Both the position numbers and the translations under genes were made by a program. 28,835 nt of DNA, taken from NCBI GenBank assembly GCA_039794085.1, contig JBDIWC010000048.1, positions 1 through 28,835 on the forward strand, in the 5' to 3' direction. Shown one piece after another: positions 19,539 to 28,225 of this stretch. The DNA comes from Gemmatimonadales bacterium (GTDB lineage: Bacteria > Gemmatimonadota > Gemmatimonadetes > Gemmatimonadales > GWC2-71-9). Position 1 is the stretch's first letter. Every line of letters begins with the position of its first letter. The notes under the pieces were generated by a model. It did no database searches. It worked only from the letters and a program-made list of their open reading frames with translations, and was not told the origin of the DNA.

Positions 19539-20941
19539 GACAGGTTCACGCACTGATCGGTCTGGCGCTGCTCGGCCTGCCTCTCGGAGCGGCGGCCCAG
19601 GGCCCCGATACCTCCTGGGATCCCCAGGCCGGACCGCTGGCCACGGCCACCCCCGCCGCGGGCACTCTCGTGGCCGTCACCAACGCGACGATCATGACCG
19701 CCACGCGCGGCACCATTCCGCGGGGCACCATCCTCATCCGGAACGGCCGCATCGCCGCGGTCGGCGCCGACGTGACCATCCCCGCCGGGGCCCGGATCAT
19801 CGACGCCGAAGGGAAGTACGTCACGCCGGGCATCGTGGACGCCCATTCCCACAGTGCCACCGAGGGAGGCGTGAACGAGGGGTCGCGGTCGAGCACCGCG
19901 ATGGTGCGGATCGAGGATGTTCTACGGCAGGAAACGATGGGTCTCTACCGTGAGCTTGCTGGTGGTGTCACCACCCTCAACATCCTCCACGGGTCGGCCA
20001 ACGCGATCGGCGGTCAGAGCGCCACGGTGAAGATCCGCTGGGGTCTCCCGGTGGACAGCATGCGGATGGCCGGGGCGCCTCCCGGCATCAAGTTCGCGCT
20101 GGGCGAGAACGTCCGCCGAACCAACCGGCCGCCCCAGCCCGGGCAGGAGCGGCGCTACCCCTTCACCCGGATGGGCCAGGAGGAGTTCCTCCGCGAGCGA
20201 TTCACCCGGGCCCGGGAGTACGAGGCGCAGTGGACCGCGTACGAGGCGGCGGTGAAGGCCCGGAAGCGCGGCGAGCCGGAGCCGATCCCCCCCCGGCGCG
20301 ACCTGGAGCTCGACGCCCTGCGCGAGGTCCTGAACGGAACCCGGCGGGTGCATGCCCACTCCTACCGGTCGGACGAGATCGCGATGCTGGTCGACCTGGC
20401 CCGGGAGTTCGGCTTCCGGGTGGCGAGCTTCCAGCATGTGCTGGAGGGCTACAAGGTGGCCAACGAGCTCGCCGCCGCGGGGAGCGGCGCCTCCACCTTC
20501 GCCGACAACTGGGCCTACAAGATGGAGGCGTGGGACGCCATCCCCCACAACGCGGCCCTCATGGCCGAGCGTGGGATCCGGGTGTCGATCAACTCCGACT
20601 CCGATGAGCGGGCCCGGCGCCTCTACCAGGAGGCCGCCAAGGCGATGCGCTATGGCGGCGCCACCGAAGAGGAGGCGCTCCGCATGATCACCCTCAACCC
20701 GGCCTGGCAGCTCGGCGTGGACGACCGGATCGGATCGATCGACGTCGGGAAGGACGCCGACCTGGTGATCTTTTCCGGCCATCCCTTTGCCCCGGGGAGC
20801 CGGGTGGAGAAGACCCTGATCGACGGGCGGGTCTTCTTCGACCGGGACCAGGCCCCCACACTGGAACACCGCATGGAGCAGGAGCGGAATCGCCGCCGAC
20901 CCGTGCCCACCACCTCCGACGACTCGGGAGCCCGGTCATGA
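19535..20941 (+). CDS. Exported metal-dependent amidohydrolase
   Basis: ATGA-coupled, signal peptide. PGIVDAHSH, IKFALGEN, HAHSYR, QHVLEG, INSD, GSIDVGKDADLV. Confidence 0.9.
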   Translation: MRQVHALIGLALLGLPLGAAAQGPDTSWDPQAGPLATATPAAGTLVAVTNATIMTATRGTIPRGTILIRNGRIAAVGADVTIPAGARIIDAEGKYVTPGIVDAHSHSATEGGVNEGSRSSTAMVRIEDVLRQETMGLYRELAGGVTTLNILHGSANAIGGQSATVKIRWGLPVDSMRMAGAPPGIKFALGENVRRTNRPPQPGQERRYPFTRMGQEEFLRERFTRAREYEAQWTAYEAAVKARKRGEPEPIPPRRDLELDALREVLNGTRRVHAHSYRSDEIAMLVDLAREFGFRVASFQHVLEGYKVANELAAAGSGASTFADNWAYKMEAWDAIPHNAALMAERGIRVSINSDSDERARRLYQEAAKAMRYGGATEEEALRMITLNPAWQLGVDDRIGSIDVGKDADLVIFSGHPFAPGSRVEKTLIDGRVFFDRDQAPTLEHRMEQERNRRRPVPTTSDDSGARS

Positions 20942-22257
20942 CCATGCACCCGTTGCGCGGGGCCCTGGCCACCGCGGCACTGCTCGCTCTCCTTCCCCCG
21001 GCCGCCGCGGCACAGACGGCGGGGCCGGTCATCGCCATTCGCGATGCCACCATCGTGCCGGTGACGGCCCCTCGCATCGCGCGGGGCACCGTCCTCATCC
21101 GGGGTTCGCGGATCGCGGCGGTCGGGGCGGACGTGGCGATTCCGGCGGGTGCCACCGTGATCGATGGCACCGGCCTCACCGTCTATCCCGGCATGATCGA
21201 TTCCGGGACCCAGCTCGGTCTCATCGAGATCGCCTCGGTACCCGGCAGCACCGACACGCAGGAACTCGGGACCTTCAATCCCCACAACGACGCGCTCACC
21301 GCGGTGAACCCCCACTCCGAATTGATCCCGGTGGACCGCGTCAACGGGATCACCACGGTGATCACCTCCGCGGGGGGAGGACTGATCAGCGGGGCCGCCG
21401 CGCTCATCGACCTGGCCGGGTGGACCGGCGCCGAGATGGCGGTCCGACCGCGAGCGGGGATGGTCGTCACCTGGCCGCGCAGCGGGGGCCGGGGCGGCTT
21501 CGGGGGAGGAGGAGGGGGACGGGGCCAGCAGGGAGACGCGGCGGAGCGGGTTTCCCGCCAGGTGCGGGAACTGCACGAGTACTTTGCGGAGGCCCGGAGT
21601 TATGCCCGGCAGAAGGAATCCGCCACCGCCCAGGGGACAACCCTTCCGCGGACCGACCTTCCCTTCGAGGCGATGATCCCGGTGCTGCGGGGCGAGTTGC
21701 CGCTGATCGTGAACGCCGACGAGGCCGACCAGATCCGCGGTGCCCTGGCCCTGGCCGACTCCTTCCAGATCCAGGTGATCATCCGGGGCGGGACCGAGGC
21801 GTGGCGCCTCGCCGATACTCTCGCCGCCCGGCGCGTTCCGGTGATCGTCGGACCCCTGACCCGGGTCCCCGGCGAGGACGACCCCTACGACATGATCTAC
21901 GCCAACCCGGGGGTCCTCGCCAAGGCGGGGGTGGTGATCGCCTTCCAGACCGACGATGCCGCCGATGCCCGGAATCTTCCCTTCCATGCGGGGCTCGCCA
22001 CCGCCTACGGGCTCGATCCCGAACAGGCCCTGGCGGCGCTCACCATCAACCCGGCCCGGATCTGGGGTGTGGACCACGAGTTGGGCAGCATCGAGGCGGG
22101 CAAGGTGGCCAATCTCATCGTCACCACGGGAGATCCCCTCGACGTGCGAACCACCCTGAGGCACCTGTTCATCCGCGGGACCCCGGTGGCGCTCACCGAC
22201 CGGCACACGAAACTGTACGAGCAGTTTCGAGCGCGACCGAAGAACAATGAACAATGA
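20938..22257 (+). CDS. Exported amidohydrolase-family paralog lacking HxH
   Basis: ATGA-coupled, signal peptide. PGMIDSGTQ (no HxH), ALTINPARIWGV..LGSIEAGKVANL. Confidence 0.87.
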   Translation: MTMHPLRGALATAALLALLPPAAAAQTAGPVIAIRDATIVPVTAPRIARGTVLIRGSRIAAVGADVAIPAGATVIDGTGLTVYPGMIDSGTQLGLIEIASVPGSTDTQELGTFNPHNDALTAVNPHSELIPVDRVNGITTVITSAGGGLISGAAALIDLAGWTGAEMAVRPRAGMVVTWPRSGGRGGFGGGGGGRGQQGDAAERVSRQVRELHEYFAEARSYARQKESATAQGTTLPRTDLPFEAMIPVLRGELPLIVNADEADQIRGALALADSFQIQVIIRGGTEAWRLADTLAARRVPVIVGPLTRVPGEDDPYDMIYANPGVLAKAGVVIAFQTDDAADARNLPFHAGLATAYGLDPEQALAALTINPARIWGVDHELGSIEAGKVANLIVTTGDPLDVRTTLRHLFIRGTPVALTDRHTKLYEQFRARPKNNEQ

Positions 22258-22353
22258 TCAATTATTATCAATGATCAATATGGAGTGAGATCACGACTCA
22301 TTCTTCATTGTTCATTGTTCACTGTTCATTGTCCACTGTTCATTGTTCACTGG
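22242..22353. repeat. Opposed heptamer arrays (AACAATG-type 22242-22279; TCATTGT-type x8 22298-22353) between convergent genes
   Basis: Each array contains the stop codon of its gene (22255-22257 on +, 22312-22314 on -). The two arrays are mutually complementary. Confidence 0.9.
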
Positions 22354-22701
22354 CGACGCCACGGTCAGGTTCACGCCGTCGGGATCCTCGCAGAGGGCCA
22401 CCCGCATCCCCTCCTCTGTTTCGGGTCCGCTGAGGCAGCACAACCCGGCCGCCGTGAGCCGGGCGCAGACCGCGTCCACGTCCTCCACGGCGAAGCCGAG
22501 CCGGCACGACCCGGCGATCATCGGGGGGTGATGCTGTGCCGGTGTGCTCACGTGGGCCTGCCGGAGCGCCAGGGTCACGTCCCCCAGGGTGCACTCGGCG
22601 CCGTCCTTCTCCTCCCGAACTTCCATGCCCAAGAGGTTCCGGTAGAACGTCACCGAGCGATTGAGGTCACTCACGAAGATGATCACATAGCGAAATCGCA
22701 T
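22312..22701 (-). CDS. VOC / glyoxalase-family protein
   Basis: YVIIFVSDLNRSVTFYRNLLG, LGFAVEDVDAV..RL, R.ALCEDPDG motifs. Confidence 0.88.
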   Translation of the reverse strand: MRFRYVIIFVSDLNRSVTFYRNLLGMEVREEKDGAECTLGDVTLALRQAHVSTPAQHHPPMIAGSCRLGFAVEDVDAVCARLTAAGLCCLSGPETEEGMRVALCEDPDGVNLTVASPVNNEQWTMNSEQ

Positions 22702-22797
22702 TGGGACTGACCCCCTCTCGGGAATAGGAGCAGGCGCGAGAATCCACTGTTCGCCTCACGTCCCCGTTGACTCGCGCAGATGGCAAGTCACCCCGAA

Positions 22798-22881
22798 TTG
22801 GTCACCGTTCACCGTTCATTGGTCATTGGTCATTGGTCATTGGTCATTGGTCATTGGTCATTGGTCATTGGTCATTGGTCA
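22798..22881 (-). repeat. Heptamer array TCATTGG x9 (perfect, 22816-22878) + TCA, with a degenerate tail
   Basis: Counted directly. The TCA at 22879-22881 is the stop of the 611-aa gene. Confidence 0.95.
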
Positions 22882-24714
22882 GGTCGTCGAGAGTCCGTCG
22901 AGGTGCCGTCCGACGTGGGCGATTACGAACCGGGGCTCCGCCGGGACCCGGGAGGTGAAGTAGATCCGCAGGCAGTGGCGGGGATCGTAACTCACGCCGA
23001 GGGCGATGTGTTCCGCCGCCTCGACCACCTCTCCATTCGGAAGCCGGGCCATGTACTGCTGTCGCATCCGGTCGGGCATCCCGTCGGAGATGCCGCGGCG
23101 GTAGTCGACGCCCAGGTCCCGGAAGGCATCGCGCAGGGAGGTCCCGAGGGTTCCCGCCTGGCGCCGGCGCGCCACGAGAGCCATGGCGTCGAGCACGGCG
23201 GCGGCGCGGTCGGCATCCCGGTACGGGCTCTCCTCCGCGGTGCGCACGGCCTCATCCAGCACCAGGAGTGCGTCATCGTGCGCCACGGCGGCCTGGCGGA
23301 CCGCGGCGGCCAGGGTGGTGGCATCAGAGTCATCCTCCTCGACCGCATCGAGGCCCTGGATCTCCTCGTCGTCCGTCCCCGTCGCCACCTCGGTTGCCAC
23401 CAGGCCGAACTGCTCGCGCAGCAACCGCTCGATGTCGCCCAGGCGCCGTTCCAGCCCGGTGGCCGAGGCCCCCCGCACGGCGTTGTTGGCGCGCAAGGCG
23501 GTGATTTCATCGACCAGGGTCGCGTTGAGCCCGAGCAGGCGGTCGAGCGCGCCGAGCGCCTCGTCGACGCGTCGTTCCAGACGATCCATGGTCTCGCGAA
23601 CCAGCCGGGTCTTCCCCGTGATCCCCACCTCGCGCTCCCCTCCGACCGGCGAAGAGTGAGCCGCTGATGGGGTTGCCGACCCGCGTGTGTCCCCCTTCCC
23701 CGCTCCCGGCAACCTGGCGTGGGCGGAACCTCGGAGTTCGTCCACACCGGCGGGTTCCGCGATCCGGCCGCGTCCGGCGAGGCAGAGGGTACCCCGCACC
23801 TGGGCCCGCACCACCGGATCCACGACCCGGTCGGCGACCAGGAGGGGGTGAACCGAGGGGCGGTCGGCACAGGAAAACCCGGGGAGGTAGGCCCGGAGGG
23901 CCCCCCAGTAGCAGGAGAGGCGACGGTCGCCGAGGGCGTCGCTCAACCGGTACGTGGTGGGGTGCCGGTCCATCACATACACGTGGGCCACCCCGATCAA
24001 CTCCTCGGCGAGTTCGGAAGGAGACACGAGATACTCCCCGGTCTCGGTGGGGGCGAGGAGGGCCACGGGGGCCGGCCGGTCCTCCCCGACCAGCACGGTG
24101 GACACGAAGTCCTCAATGTCCCGTTCGCCGAGCACGCGGGGGTCGGCGTCGATCCGGTCGAACACCAGGCGCACGGTGCGGTTCAGATCGGCGAGAAAGG
24201 AGGGATAGGCCTGGCCCACGCCGACCGGCCCGCAGACGGCCTGGAGGCCACCCGGCGCGCCGACCCGAACCGTCAGGGAGGCAAGACCGGGTCGTTCCGA
24301 AAGAACGGCATGGGTGGTGAGCGCCACCCCGGGTACGGTCGGGTGGGGGTGCCGCCAGAGGAGCTCCCCGGTCCACTGCTCGGCACCGGTGGCCACCTGC
24401 CACTGGGCGGCATGGAAGCGCCCGAACACGTCGGTGGTGCCCGCGTCCCGGTCGAGGGGCCGGTACCCGGAATGAGCCCGGCCCATCGCCTCGCTCAACA
24501 CCGCCAGGGCCTGGTTGACGGTGGCCGTGCCGAGCCGGGGCCGGAGCTGGAAGGTCGCGGCGTACAGGAGATCGTCCTCATGCGCGGGACGGGCGAGCCC
24601 GGCGGCGGCCGCATCGGACACCATGCGTCCCGCCGCGCCGATGAGGCGAATTCCCGTGGCGGTGATGCGCTCCTCGCGGTCGCGACGGGCGGGGGATCCG
24701 GGGGTCGAGGTCAT
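22879..24714 (-). CDS. Uncharacterised 611-aa protein with a coiled-coil centre and a C-terminal DPRxCLRIYF..VIAHVGRHL domain
   Basis: Long ORF with protein-like composition. Start placed at MTSTP (24714), preceded by TACCTT-6nt-ATG. The upstream extension in the ORF track is translated repeats. Confidence 0.8.
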   Translation of the reverse strand: MTSTPGSPARRDREERITATGIRLIGAAGRMVSDAAAAGLARPAHEDDLLYAATFQLRPRLGTATVNQALAVLSEAMGRAHSGYRPLDRDAGTTDVFGRFHAAQWQVATGAEQWTGELLWRHPHPTVPGVALTTHAVLSERPGLASLTVRVGAPGGLQAVCGPVGVGQAYPSFLADLNRTVRLVFDRIDADPRVLGERDIEDFVSTVLVGEDRPAPVALLAPTETGEYLVSPSELAEELIGVAHVYVMDRHPTTYRLSDALGDRRLSCYWGALRAYLPGFSCADRPSVHPLLVADRVVDPVVRAQVRGTLCLAGRGRIAEPAGVDELRGSAHARLPGAGKGDTRGSATPSAAHSSPVGGEREVGITGKTRLVRETMDRLERRVDEALGALDRLLGLNATLVDEITALRANNAVRGASATGLERRLGDIERLLREQFGLVATEVATGTDDEEIQGLDAVEEDDSDATTLAAAVRQAAVAHDDALLVLDEAVRTAEESPYRDADRAAAVLDAMALVARRRQAGTLGTSLRDAFRDLGVDYRRGISDGMPDRMRQQYMARLPNGEVVEAAEHIALGVSYDPRHCLRIYFTSRVPAEPRFVIAHVGRHLDGLSTT

Positions 24715-24730
24715 GAGGGGAAGGTATTGG

Positions 24731-24873
24731 GGGTAGGCGGTAGGCGGTAGGCGGTAGGCGGTGGGCGGGGGGCGGGGGGTGGTGTTGGGTGTTGAGGTAT
24801 GGGCGAAGTGCGTTTTCATGTCCTGAGTCCTGTGTCCTGCGTCCTGGGGCGTTGGGTGTCGGGTGTCGGGGTC
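24731..24873 (+). repeat. Compound heptamer block: CGGTAGG-type (24731-24779), GGGTGTT-type, GTCCTGN x4 (24820-24847), GGTGTCG-type
   Basis: Seen directly in the divergent intergenic region. Confidence 0.85.
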
Positions 24874-25071
24874 ACGCACCGGTCGCGGTCCGTGCCTGAA
24901 TCTCCGGCACCCGCGCCCGAAGCGGTGACCACCCTGCTACGTTTCGTCCATGGTGACCGGTCGGCAGGTATGGATTCCCCGGGAGGTCCCCGGGCTGTGG
25001 CCGCAGACGCCCATGGGACCGCCTCCGGTTGTGCCGGTGGCCCGTGGGCCTTGCCCGCAAGCGGGGAACCC

Positions 25072-26844
25072 GTGACCCGGAAATGGTGGGCCCTTGCCGG
25101 GGGCGGGGTGCTCCTTCTCGTGCTGGGCTCCCTGGGCCTGCTCGATCGAGTCCTCGAACGGACGCTGCGCGCCCCCGTCAACAACTATCTCCGCGACCAC
25201 ACCCTCGCCCTGCTCAACGTGGAGGGCGTCTCCGGACTCACCATCACCCTGCCCCACCTCGATCTCAAGCTGGGCCGCCGCCGTCTGGACCTTCGCGACG
25301 TCCAGATTCGGTATGACCGTGAGGAAGAGGGCCAGAGCACCCGGTTCGAGGTCGTGGCCCCCCGCATCACGTTGTCCGGCATCGACGTCACGGACCTGAT
25401 CTGGCACCGGACCTTCCGGTTGAGCGGGGTGCGAATCGACAGCCTGGTCATGCACCACGCCGAGGAGGGGCCGCGGGACACCACGACGTCGGCACCCACA
25501 ACCACACCGGGCGACACGCTGGCCGCAGTATTCCCCGCGCCCGACACCCTCCTCTACCAGATCGTGGCCAACTGGCTTCCGACGGACATGAGGGAGGGAC
25601 GCATCGATCGGCTGAGCGTGAATCATGCCACCTTCGTCAGCCGGATCCGCCGGGGCGAGGCGGTGACCTTCGACTCCACGGCGGACCTCGCGCTGGTCAT
25701 CGAGGGGCTGGAACTCGACAGCGCGCGGCTCCAGGTATTCGAGCGCGGGTCGCTGACGGTCGCCTCCCACACTCACGTCGTGGAACCTGCACGGGACAGC
25801 GTGGTCGTGGAGCGGGTCGGTCTGACCGTCGACCAGCGCGACACGGCCTACACCGTGGGAGCCGCGCGGACCGGACCGGGCGGCAACCGGCATCTGATCC
25901 GACTCGTGGGGCTGGCTCGCTCCCAGGCGCGCAACACCCTGACCCTCGATTCCCTGCTGTATGCTCCGCGCGACCCGGGCCTGGGATTTTTCCGCGATGC
26001 GCCCGCGCGCAGCACGCGGGTGGTGGCCACCGTGACGGGCATCACCCTGAGCGGGTTCCACCAGGACGAGATCCGGAATCGCCGGGTGGCGCCCGACCGG
26101 ATCGGGATCACCACGCTGGAACTCGATGTGCTGGCCGACCATCGGCAGCCGCCGGGGCCCCCGCGCCGCCGAGTGCCGTGGCCGGCCCGGGTCGCCTCCC
26201 TGCCCTGGACCTTTGGAGCCGACACGCTGACCATCGACGGCGGTTCGATTCGCTACGCCGAACTCCCTCCCGGCCAATCGCGGGCGTCGGAAATGGTGTT
26301 CGACCAGGTGCGGGCGACCCTCACCAACGCCACCAACGACACGGCCCGTGCCGGACCCCGGGCTCCCATGGTGATCCACGCGAGTGCGCTCCTGTATGGA
26401 CGAGGGCGACTGGAGACGGTGATCGCGGTGTCGGTCCAGCCCGGCCCCATGGCGGTCAGCGTGAACGGCCACCTCGGCGCGATGCCTCTGGCCCCCCTCA
26501 ACCGGTTTCTCACGCCCGGAGAGGGCATCGACATCACCAGCGGAACGGTGGAACGGGCCGACTTCGCCTTCCGGGTGCGTCGGGGTCTCGCCTCGGGAAC
26601 CTTCACGGCCCACTATTCCGACCTCGATCTCTCCGTGGTCGACCCCGTGACCGGCAACCAGAACGTCGGCGCCCGAATCAAGACCCTCGTCGCCGGCCTG
26701 ATGGTTCGCGGATCCAACACCCCGAACAAGGAAGGGGTGTTGTCCTCGGCGGAGATCGCATACGAGATGCTCCCCGACGACACCTTCTGGGGGACGCTCT
26801 GGCGGGCGCTTCGGTCGGGCATCGTGAAGCAGGTCAAACGGTAG
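25072..26844 (+). CDS. AsmA/DUF748-like membrane-anchored beta-rich protein
   Basis: GTG 25072 followed by a TM helix (WWALAGGGVLLLVLGSLGL), a beta-strand-rich body and C-terminal FWGTLWRALRSGI. Start uncertain. Confidence 0.7.
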   Translation: MTRKWWALAGGGVLLLVLGSLGLLDRVLERTLRAPVNNYLRDHTLALLNVEGVSGLTITLPHLDLKLGRRRLDLRDVQIRYDREEEGQSTRFEVVAPRITLSGIDVTDLIWHRTFRLSGVRIDSLVMHHAEEGPRDTTTSAPTTTPGDTLAAVFPAPDTLLYQIVANWLPTDMREGRIDRLSVNHATFVSRIRRGEAVTFDSTADLALVIEGLELDSARLQVFERGSLTVASHTHVVEPARDSVVVERVGLTVDQRDTAYTVGAARTGPGGNRHLIRLVGLARSQARNTLTLDSLLYAPRDPGLGFFRDAPARSTRVVATVTGITLSGFHQDEIRNRRVAPDRIGITTLELDVLADHRQPPGPPRRRVPWPARVASLPWTFGADTLTIDGGSIRYAELPPGQSRASEMVFDQVRATLTNATNDTARAGPRAPMVIHASALLYGRGRLETVIAVSVQPGPMAVSVNGHLGAMPLAPLNRFLTPGEGIDITSGTVERADFAFRVRRGLASGTFTAHYSDLDLSVVDPVTGNQNVGARIKTLVAGLMVRGSNTPNKEGVLSSAEIAYEMLPDDTFWGTLWRALRSGIVKQVKR

Positions 26845-26887
26845 GTGGTAAGCGGTAGGCGGTAGGCGGTAGGTGGTAGGCGGTATA
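26839..26887 (+). repeat. CGGTAGG-type heptamer array x7 starting at the TAG stop of the AsmA-like gene
   Basis: cggTAGg tggtaag cggtagg x3 tggtagg cggtata. Confidence 0.92.
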
Positions 26888-26896
26888 GGCGAGGTT

Positions 26897-26934
26897 GTCA
26901 TCGCGAGGACCCCGGAGGGGTCCGTGGCGATCTC
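26897..26934 (+). repeat. Palindromic element GTCATCGCGAGGACCCC-GGA-GGGGTCCGTGGCGATCTC
   Basis: Hairpin visible. It resembles the GTCATTGCGAG...GTGGCAATCTC class of extragenic palindromes (from recollection). Confidence 0.65.
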
Positions 26935-27067
26935 GTGAGCGGAGGCCCGCGCGGGGAGATGTTGGCCGGCCATCATGCCGGTGGGGTCATCACGCCCCCC
27001 GCCGCTCCGCCTGGTGAATCAGTCCGCGTGGGAGCCGGGAGATGGGGAATGGCAATGGCCGCGCCCC

Positions 27068-27820
27068 TCACTCCGGGTAGACGTTGGCCACGTCGAGGAG
27101 ATGCCATGACCCGCCCACGCGCCCCAGGGCGCAGCTGATGCTCCACCCGCAGCGCAGCCGTTCGGTGGCCGACTCGGGAACCTGAACTGGACCGCACCGG
27201 CTTGCCCTCCGTCCCCCCATCACCTCGAGCCAGATGAGCCCTGGTTCCACCCTGGCGATCCCGTAGTGGTCGAACTCCCGGTAATCCTTCTCCGCGAGTG
27301 CCACCGCATCGATGCCACGCCGATGGGACGCCTCGCGGAGGATCTGCGCGGCGCGAGCGGCACGGGGAAGATTCCGGCGCGCAGCCGCACAGGTCTCCGC
27401 GGACTCGGCGGTGTCTTCGGGAGACGCGTACCCCTGGGCCAGAAGCCATTTCGAGAGCCGTTTCATCACGGTGCCCGCCACCCGGAGCAGGTCCTCCCCG
27501 GCAACCACCTTGCGGATCAGGAAGTACCCCAGGAAGCCGTTCAGATTCCCGGCGATCTTGTCCGCCCCGAAGAGATCGCAGAATTCGAGATGCTCCTCGC
27601 CTTCGCCGCTCTGTCCCCGGTCGAAGAGAGCCGCCTCCGTTCTGGTCAGGCTCTCATGGCCATAGCGATTGAGGTAACTCCGGAACAGATCGAGAACATC
27701 CTCATACCGTGCCAAGGTCCGGGGAGCGAGCCGGGCCCGCTGCTCGTCGAGGAATTCGCCGAGGATCACCTGAATGCCGGGTTCCGCCCGTCGGGGGAGG
27801 GAGATGACCTTCGGGCTCAT
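27068..27820 (-). CDS. Hypothetical protein with integrase N-terminal (core-binding/SAM-like)-type helical domain and no recognisable catalytic domain
   Basis: SD GGAGAG before MSPKV. ILGEFLDEQRARLAPRTLARYEDVLDLFRSYL pattern. Beta-rich C-terminus. Confidence 0.65.
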   Translation of the reverse strand: MSPKVISLPRRAEPGIQVILGEFLDEQRARLAPRTLARYEDVLDLFRSYLNRYGHESLTRTEAALFDRGQSGEGEEHLEFCDLFGADKIAGNLNGFLGYFLIRKVVAGEDLLRVAGTVMKRLSKWLLAQGYASPEDTAESAETCAAARRNLPRAARAAQILREASHRRGIDAVALAEKDYREFDHYGIARVEPGLIWLEVMGGRRASRCGPVQVPESATERLRCGWSISCALGRVGGSWHLLDVANVYPE

Positions 27821-27982
27821 CGTGCACTCTCCTGTCGCAGCTGTTCCTGGTATCCCGCGGTGGGAACAAGGTATCCCGGCGAGGCAGCTCCCGCCACAGG
27901 GTGCAAGCGACCTCAGGATGACGCGGTGAGTGCGCCTCTTGCCAGGGCCGCTGCAAAGTGGCCGTTGCCATCTGCCCATAGG

Positions 27983-28153
27983 ATGCTCGGGCGTTCGGCA
28001 CCGGCCCTCCGGAGCGCCATCGAACAGGGAGAGCGGGTTGTTCCCGCGTCGCTGGTCCTCTACGAGTGGCTCCGGGGGCCTCGCCTGCCGGAGGCCACGC
28101 TCTGGACGCTGAACGTGGAGGACTTCGCGGACGTCCCGGGGCTCGTGGTGCTA
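27983..28153 (+). pseudogene. PIN-domain (VapC-like) toxin remnant with internal deletion
   Basis: RSAPALRSAIEQGERVVPASLVLYEWLRGPRLPE is joined directly to ATLWTLNVEDFADVPGL. The N-terminal DT motif and central helices are absent. Confidence 0.65.
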
Positions 28154-28225
28154 CTTCCCTTCGAGAAGGGAGGGAAGAGGACCTCTGACTGTGCGAGCGT
28201 CACGCCGAGCGCTCCGTCGCTTGTT

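Noticed and set aside
24715..25071. N-terminal extensions of the 666-aa and 681-aa ORFs
   Set aside because: They translate heptamer repeats (PPTAYRL, VLSPVSC), and better starts exist at 24714 and 25072.
27068..27820. Functional tyrosine integrase or prophage boundary
   Set aside because: No R..HxxR..Y catalytic motifs and no phage genes nearby.
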